From Alphaproteobacteria bacterium (GTDB lineage: Bacteria > Pseudomonadota > Alphaproteobacteria > MPNO01): 64,000 bases of DNA. Position 1 is the stretch's first letter; each line of letters opens with the position of its first letter. The stretch lies in NCBI GenBank assembly GCA_965248835.1, contig CBDFLJ010000001.1, positions 96,001 to 160,000 of the forward strand. Reading direction: 5' to 3'. Below the pieces are notes generated by a model, which saw nothing but the letters and a program-made list of their open reading frames with translations, did not search any database and was not told the DNA's origin. A program made the translations under genes and the position numbers. Below, one piece after another: positions 59,788-64,000 of the stretch.

Positions 59788-60963
59788 TCACGCGGCCGCG
59801 GCCACGTCCTCCTTGACCACCGCATAGGCCCAGTCGAGCCAAGCCAACAGCGCTTCCAGGTCGGCCGTCTCCACCGTCGCGCCGGCCCACAACCGCAGCC
59901 CGGGCGGGGCCGCCCGGTATCCGTTGATGTCGTAGGCCACCGATTCGCGCTCGAGCAGCGCCTCGATCTTCCGCGGCACCGCGGCCTTCGCATCTCCGGA
60001 CAGCGCTTCGAACCAGGGATCGACGATCTTCAGGCAGACCGAGGTGGGCGAGCGCGTGGCGGGCACCGCGGCCAGGAACGCGATCCAGTCGGATTGCGCG
60101 ACCCAGATGGCGATCGCTTGCATATTGGTCCGGGTGCGCGCGATCAGAGTGTCGAGGCCGCCGATCTCCTCGGCCCATTTCAGACCGTCCAAGGCATCTT
60201 CGACGCACAGCAGGGAGGGCGTGTTGATCGTCTCGCCGCGGAAGATGCCCTCGATGAGCTCGCCCTTGGCGGTCAGCCGGAAGATTTTCGGCATCGGCCA
60301 CGGCGGGGTGTAGGACTCCAGCCTGGCGACCGCGCGCGGGGACAGGATCAACACGCCGTGGGCGGCCTCGCCGCCCATCACCTTCTGCCAGGAATAGGTC
60401 GCGACATCCAGGCGGTCCCAGGGCAGGTCCAGCGCGAAGACCGCAGAGGTCGCATCGCAGATCGCAAGCCCCTTGCGATCAACCGGGATCCAGTTGCCGT
60501 CGGGCACCCGGACCCCTGATGTGGTGCCGTTCCAAGTGAAGACCACGTCGCGCTCGAAATCGACCGACGACAGGTCGGGCAGCGCGCCGTACGCCGCGCC
60601 GATCACGCGGACATCGTCCAGGCGAAGCTGTTGGGCGATGTCCTCGACCCAGCCGGCGCCGAAGCTCTCCCACGCCAGCACGTCGATGCCGCGCGGGCCG
60701 AGCAGCGACCACAGCGCGATCTCGACCGCGCCGGTGTCCGATGCAGGAACGATGCCGATCCGGTAGCTCTCCGGCACCCGCAGGATCGCGCGGGTCCGAT
60801 CGATGACTTCCTTCAGCCGGGCCTTGCCGGGCCCCGACCGGTGCGATCGGCCGACCAGCGCCTCGGACAACGCCTGCGGCGACCAGCCGGGCCGCTTGGC
60901 GCACGGCCCGGAGGAGAAGCACGGGTTGCGTGGTCGAACGCTCGGCATGGCCGGTCGAGCCAT
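59788..60963 (-). CDS. serC: Phosphoserine aminotransferase
   Basis: [24 protein letters not shown] and SWQK motifs; upstream of serA. Confidence 0.95.
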   Translation of the reverse strand: MARPAMPSVRPRNPCFSSGPCAKRPGWSPQALSEALVGRSHRSGPGKARLKEVIDRTRAILRVPESYRIGIVPASDTGAVEIALWSLLGPRGIDVLAWESFGAGWVEDIAQQLRLDDVRVIGAAYGALPDLSSVDFERDVVFTWNGTTSGVRVPDGNWIPVDRKGLAICDATSAVFALDLPWDRLDVATYSWQKVMGGEAAHGVLILSPRAVARLESYTPPWPMPKIFRLTAKGELIEGIFRGETINTPSLLCVEDALDGLKWAEEIGGLDTLIARTRTNMQAIAIWVAQSDWIAFLAAVPATRSPTSVCLKIVDPWFEALSGDAKAAVPRKIEALLERESVAYDINGYRAAPPGLRLWAGATVETADLEALLAWLDWAYAVVKEDVAAAA

Positions 60964-61182
60964 GATCTCTTCGTCCTCATCGGGGTTCGATGCGAAAATC
61001 CGGATCGCGCAATCGGCCGGCGGCTCCCCGAGCCCCGGCTTCGGCGACACCCTAGAAATCAAGCCGGGCATCGTCAATTGGCAAATGCGCCTTTGTTGTC
61101 AATAATTTCCGGTCGATTGGCCCGGCATGGAAGACGTGGTATTGCTCGGGCGCGAACACCGAAGCGGACGCGGGAGCCGGAC

Positions 61183-61875
61183 GTGACGATCACCCTCTAT
61201 GAGCTGTGCGGGCGCGACGACCGCAGGTTCAGCCCCTATTGCTGGCGGACCCGGCTGGCGCTCGCGCACAAGGGCCTCGACTACGAGACCGTGCCGGTGC
61301 GTTTCACGGCAAAGGAGGTCATCGCCTTCAGCAATCAGGACCGTGTGCCGGTAATTCGCGACGGCGAGACGGTGGTCAACGATTCCTGGTCGATCGCCTG
61401 CTACCTCGAGGACGCCTACCCCGACCGGCCGTCGCTGTTCGGGGGCGAGGACGGCCGTGCGATGACCCTGTTCTTCAACGCATGGACGGATTCCCAAATC
61501 AACTCCAGGATCGTCTCGCTGGTCGTCAGAGACGTCTACGAGCTGACCGATGAGGCCGACCGGGACTATTTCCTGGAGACGCGCGAGCAGCGCTTCGGCA
61601 TCAGCCTGGATGCGCTGCACGCGGCCCGGGACGAAACGCGCGCCGCGGTTCGGGCCGCTTTCGCGCCCGCCCGCACGGTGCTGGCCAGCCGCGCGTTCTT
61701 CGCCGGTGCCGCGCCGGGCTATGCCGACTACATCCTGATGGGGACGCTCCAATGGCTGCGTATGGTCAGCGGCTACCGGGTCCTCGAGCAGGATGATCCG
61801 ATCATCGCCTGGCGCGCGCGCATGTTCGATCAATTGGGCAAGGTCCTGCTGGACGCGCCGGCCTTCGATCCCTGA
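61183..61875 (+). CDS. Glutathione S-transferase, LigE/beta-etherase-like subfamily
   Basis: LYELCG..RRFSPYCWR, RVPVIRDG and DSWSIACYLEDAYPDRPSLF motifs. Confidence 0.88.
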   Translation: MTITLYELCGRDDRRFSPYCWRTRLALAHKGLDYETVPVRFTAKEVIAFSNQDRVPVIRDGETVVNDSWSIACYLEDAYPDRPSLFGGEDGRAMTLFFNAWTDSQINSRIVSLVVRDVYELTDEADRDYFLETREQRFGISLDALHAARDETRAAVRAAFAPARTVLASRAFFAGAAPGYADYILMGTLQWLRMVSGYRVLEQDDPIIAWRARMFDQLGKVLLDAPAFDP

Positions 61876-62000
61876 GGCGGCGCGTTTCTCGGCGGTGATA
61901 CCCGTCTACGCACACTCCCGCAGACTTGCCTGATCGCCATCGGGCTGGAGTCCACTCCGGCGGGCGGCGCAAGGGCGAGGCTCCACGTCCCGGTGTGATC

Positions 62001-62336
62001 TCAGAACAGCCGGCCGCCGTCGGGGACCTTCAAGTCGGTCCCGACCAGGCAGACCGCGCCGTTCTCGTCGGGAAAGCCGAGCACCAGGACCTCGGACATG
62101 AACGGCCCGATCTGCCTGGGCGGAAAGTTCACCACTGCCGCGACCTGCCGGCCGAGGAGGTCGGCCGGGGTGTAGTGCACGGTGAGCTGGGCGGACGAGC
62201 GCTGGAGCCCGACCTCCGGGCCGAAGTCGATGGTCAACTTGAGTGCCGGCTTGCGCGCCTCGGGGAACGAATCGACCGCGGTGACGGTTCCGATCCGGAT
62301 GTCGATTTTGGCGAAATCCTCGTAGTCGATGGGCAC
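62001..62336 (-). CDS. csaA: tRNA-binding/export chaperone CsaA
   Basis: DFAKIDIRIG, SSAQLT and VNFPPRQIGPFMSEVL motifs. Confidence 0.92.
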   Translation of the reverse strand: MPIDYEDFAKIDIRIGTVTAVDSFPEARKPALKLTIDFGPEVGLQRSSAQLTVHYTPADLLGRQVAAVVNFPPRQIGPFMSEVLVLGFPDENGAVCLVGTDLKVPDGGRLF

Positions 62337-62959
62337 TAGGTCGCCGGGTCCGCGCTCGCCGTTGCTCGGCCCCGGCGCCAATCGAACGGACGCAGCCGCG
62401 ACATCATCGCGTCGGCCCGGCCAAGCGCGCGGTCGAGCCTGGCCATCGTGCGGGCGAGATCGGTGCTGTCGTCACGCAGGAACACCATCAGCGTTGCCAG
62501 ATAGATCGCCGCGAGCCCCTTGACCCTCAGGCGGCCGAGCGGACCCGAGGTGCCGATCCCGGCCGCCTCCAGCGACCAGGACATCGTGCGCATCAGGCGG
62601 CACCCGGCCGCAAGGCCGGCCTCGGGCGCCAGCAAGGCGTCGCAGACGATCGAGCCCAGCGCGGAGCGATGCGGCCGCAGCGCTTCGAAGCGGCGCACCA
62701 GGATGTCGAACAGCCGGTCGCGCACCGGCTCGGCCAGCGCTTCGGCATCGGTGCCGGCGATCACCTGGGCGTCGATCCGGTCGGTGAAAGCGGTAACGAT
62801 CGCGCCCTTGCTGCGGAACATGCCGTGCAGGCCGTCGAGGCCGATACCGGCGGCCTCGGCGATGTCGCGCATGCTCACCTCGCGCCAGCGCCGCTCGGCG
62901 GCAAGCCGCATCGCGGCGTCGATCACGCGGTCCGGGTTGGGTCGTCGAGGTGCGGCCAT
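62336..62959 (-). CDS. TetR-like transcriptional regulator
   Basis: N-terminal HTH (AAMRLAAE...MRDIAEAAG), RDRLFD and TMARLDRAL motifs. Confidence 0.85.
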   Translation of the reverse strand: MAAPRRPNPDRVIDAAMRLAAERRWREVSMRDIAEAAGIGLDGLHGMFRSKGAIVTAFTDRIDAQVIAGTDAEALAEPVRDRLFDILVRRFEALRPHRSALGSIVCDALLAPEAGLAAGCRLMRTMSWSLEAAGIGTSGPLGRLRVKGLAAIYLATLMVFLRDDSTDLARTMARLDRALGRADAMMSRLRPFDWRRGRATASADPAT

Positions 62960-63103
62960 CGTCTTCGATCCACTGCCGTTCCTGCCGGGACAAGTCTAGA
63001 TCGAAGGCGGACGTTTCGGAAGCCTCGCTTTGGCCGGGGCCGCCGCCGCGTATTGCCCCGGGGCGTCCGCCATGCGAATGTGCCGCCTGCGGACCCCGTC
63101 GGG

Positions 63104-63844
63104 ATGTGGAGCCTTCTCGTCATGGGACTCGGTGTCGGTCGGCCCGCGCGGGCGCCGCGGGACATAGCGTTGAGCCGCGAGGAAGAGATCGATCTCGCCG
63201 CCCGGACCGCGGCGGGCGACCGGCTGGCCGCGACACGCCTGGTCCGCGCCCATCAGCGCTTCGTCGTCTATCTCGCCAAGCGTCACCGGCGCTACGGGAT
63301 ACCGTTCGCCGATCTGATACAGGAAGGCATGGTCGGGCTTCTGGAGGCGATCCGGCGGTTCAATCCGGAACGCAACGCGCGGCTTTCGACCTACGCGGTG
63401 TGGTGGATCCGGGCCGCCATCCAGGACCATATCGTCAAATCGGTGCCGCTGGCGCGGCTCGGATCGAGCGCTGCCCGACGGGCGCAGCTCTTCGGAGCCA
63501 GGCGAGACCAAGCGCAGGCCGAGCCGCAGCGCGAGGCGATCGTGCCCGTGGACTCGCTGCCGTCTGCCGAGCCCTCGCCCGAGGAGCGGCTCATGAGCGT
63601 CCGCCAGTGGGCTCAGCCGCTGCGGCTGCTCCCCGGAGCGCTCAAGTCGCTGTCGCCCCGCGAACGGCTGATCATCGTGCGGCGCTTCCTCAACCAGCCC
63701 GCGCGCAGCCGCGCCGCGATCGGCCGGGAGCTCGGGTTGTCCAAGGAACGGGTGCGTCAGCTCGAGATCCGGGCGCTTGCCCGGCTCCGGGCGGTGATTC
63801 AGCCTGGTCCGGCTCGCTCGGAACAGGCCCCGGAGCCGGGTTAA
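63104..63844 (+). CDS. Short RpoH-like sigma-70 family factor
   Basis: DLIQEGMVGL, RLSTYAVWWIRA and LGLSKERVRQLE motifs; start uncertain. Confidence 0.85.
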   Translation: MWSLLVMGLGVGRPARAPRDIALSREEEIDLAARTAAGDRLAATRLVRAHQRFVVYLAKRHRRYGIPFADLIQEGMVGLLEAIRRFNPERNARLSTYAVWWIRAAIQDHIVKSVPLARLGSSAARRAQLFGARRDQAQAEPQREAIVPVDSLPSAEPSPEERLMSVRQWAQPLRLLPGALKSLSPRERLIIVRRFLNQPARSRAAIGRELGLSKERVRQLEIRALARLRAVIQPGPARSEQAPEPG

Positions 63845-64000
63845 CGCAGGCGGATCAGCCGGCCCGGCGACGGGTCGCGCCGGGCGCTCTCGGCAAGGAC
63901 GCGCAGCTCGCGCCTGAGCACCTTGCCGGCCGCATTGCGCGGCAGCGATTCGAGGAACAGATAGCCCCGCGGCCGCTTATAGCCGGCAAGCGCGCTGTCC
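63841..64000 (-). CDS. AMP-dependent acyl-CoA synthetase, C-terminal part (5' end outside window)
   Basis: LAGYKRPR...LPRNAAGKVLRRELR (A10 motif). Confidence 0.85.
   Translation of the reverse strand, partial: DSALAGYKRPRGYLFLESLPRNAAGKVLRRELRVLAESARRDPSPGRLIRLR

Overview
High-GC alphaproteobacterial chromosomal segment; the rluD-rpoH, purA-hisZ-serA-serC and metZ-apaG gene orders and the SAM-II riboswitch support this assignment. The left and middle parts (1-29.6 kb, 37.9-47.3 kb) are accessory catabolism and transport: glcDEF plus a second glcF, MaiA, two VanA-like Rieske oxygenases, an atypical UbiD, an orphan molybdo-hydroxylase large subunit, TRAP/TAXI/TTT transporters, a TPP enzyme-NadX-like operon, an MHPCO-like flavoprotein, an LLM oxidoreductase and an amidohydrolase. 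A decayed mobile/defence islet at 29.6-37.6 kb holds two abutting IS630 elements, an orphan DUF433 antitoxin, an AT-richer dGTPase split by two tandem IS5 (IS1031-type) copies, and relics of ParE, zeta-like and possibly GIY-YIG genes. A third IS630 lies at 18-19 kb. The right part (47.8-64 kb) is mostly housekeeping: ctaA, metZ, apaG, folE, trkH, tRNA-Glu, rluD, rpoH, purA, hisZ, serA, serC, a GST, csaA, a TetR-like gene and a second short RpoH-like sigma factor. Several small-indel frameshifts in otherwise intact genes suggest residual long-read errors, so fine-scale oddities need read-level checks. No CRISPR array, rRNA or prophage was seen. The best novelty candidates are the non-canonical UbiD/ABM/Rieske module, the precisely reconstitutable IS-interrupted dGTPase, and a 30-bp patch shared between two divergent IS630 elements. 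All family assignments come from motif recognition, not database searches.
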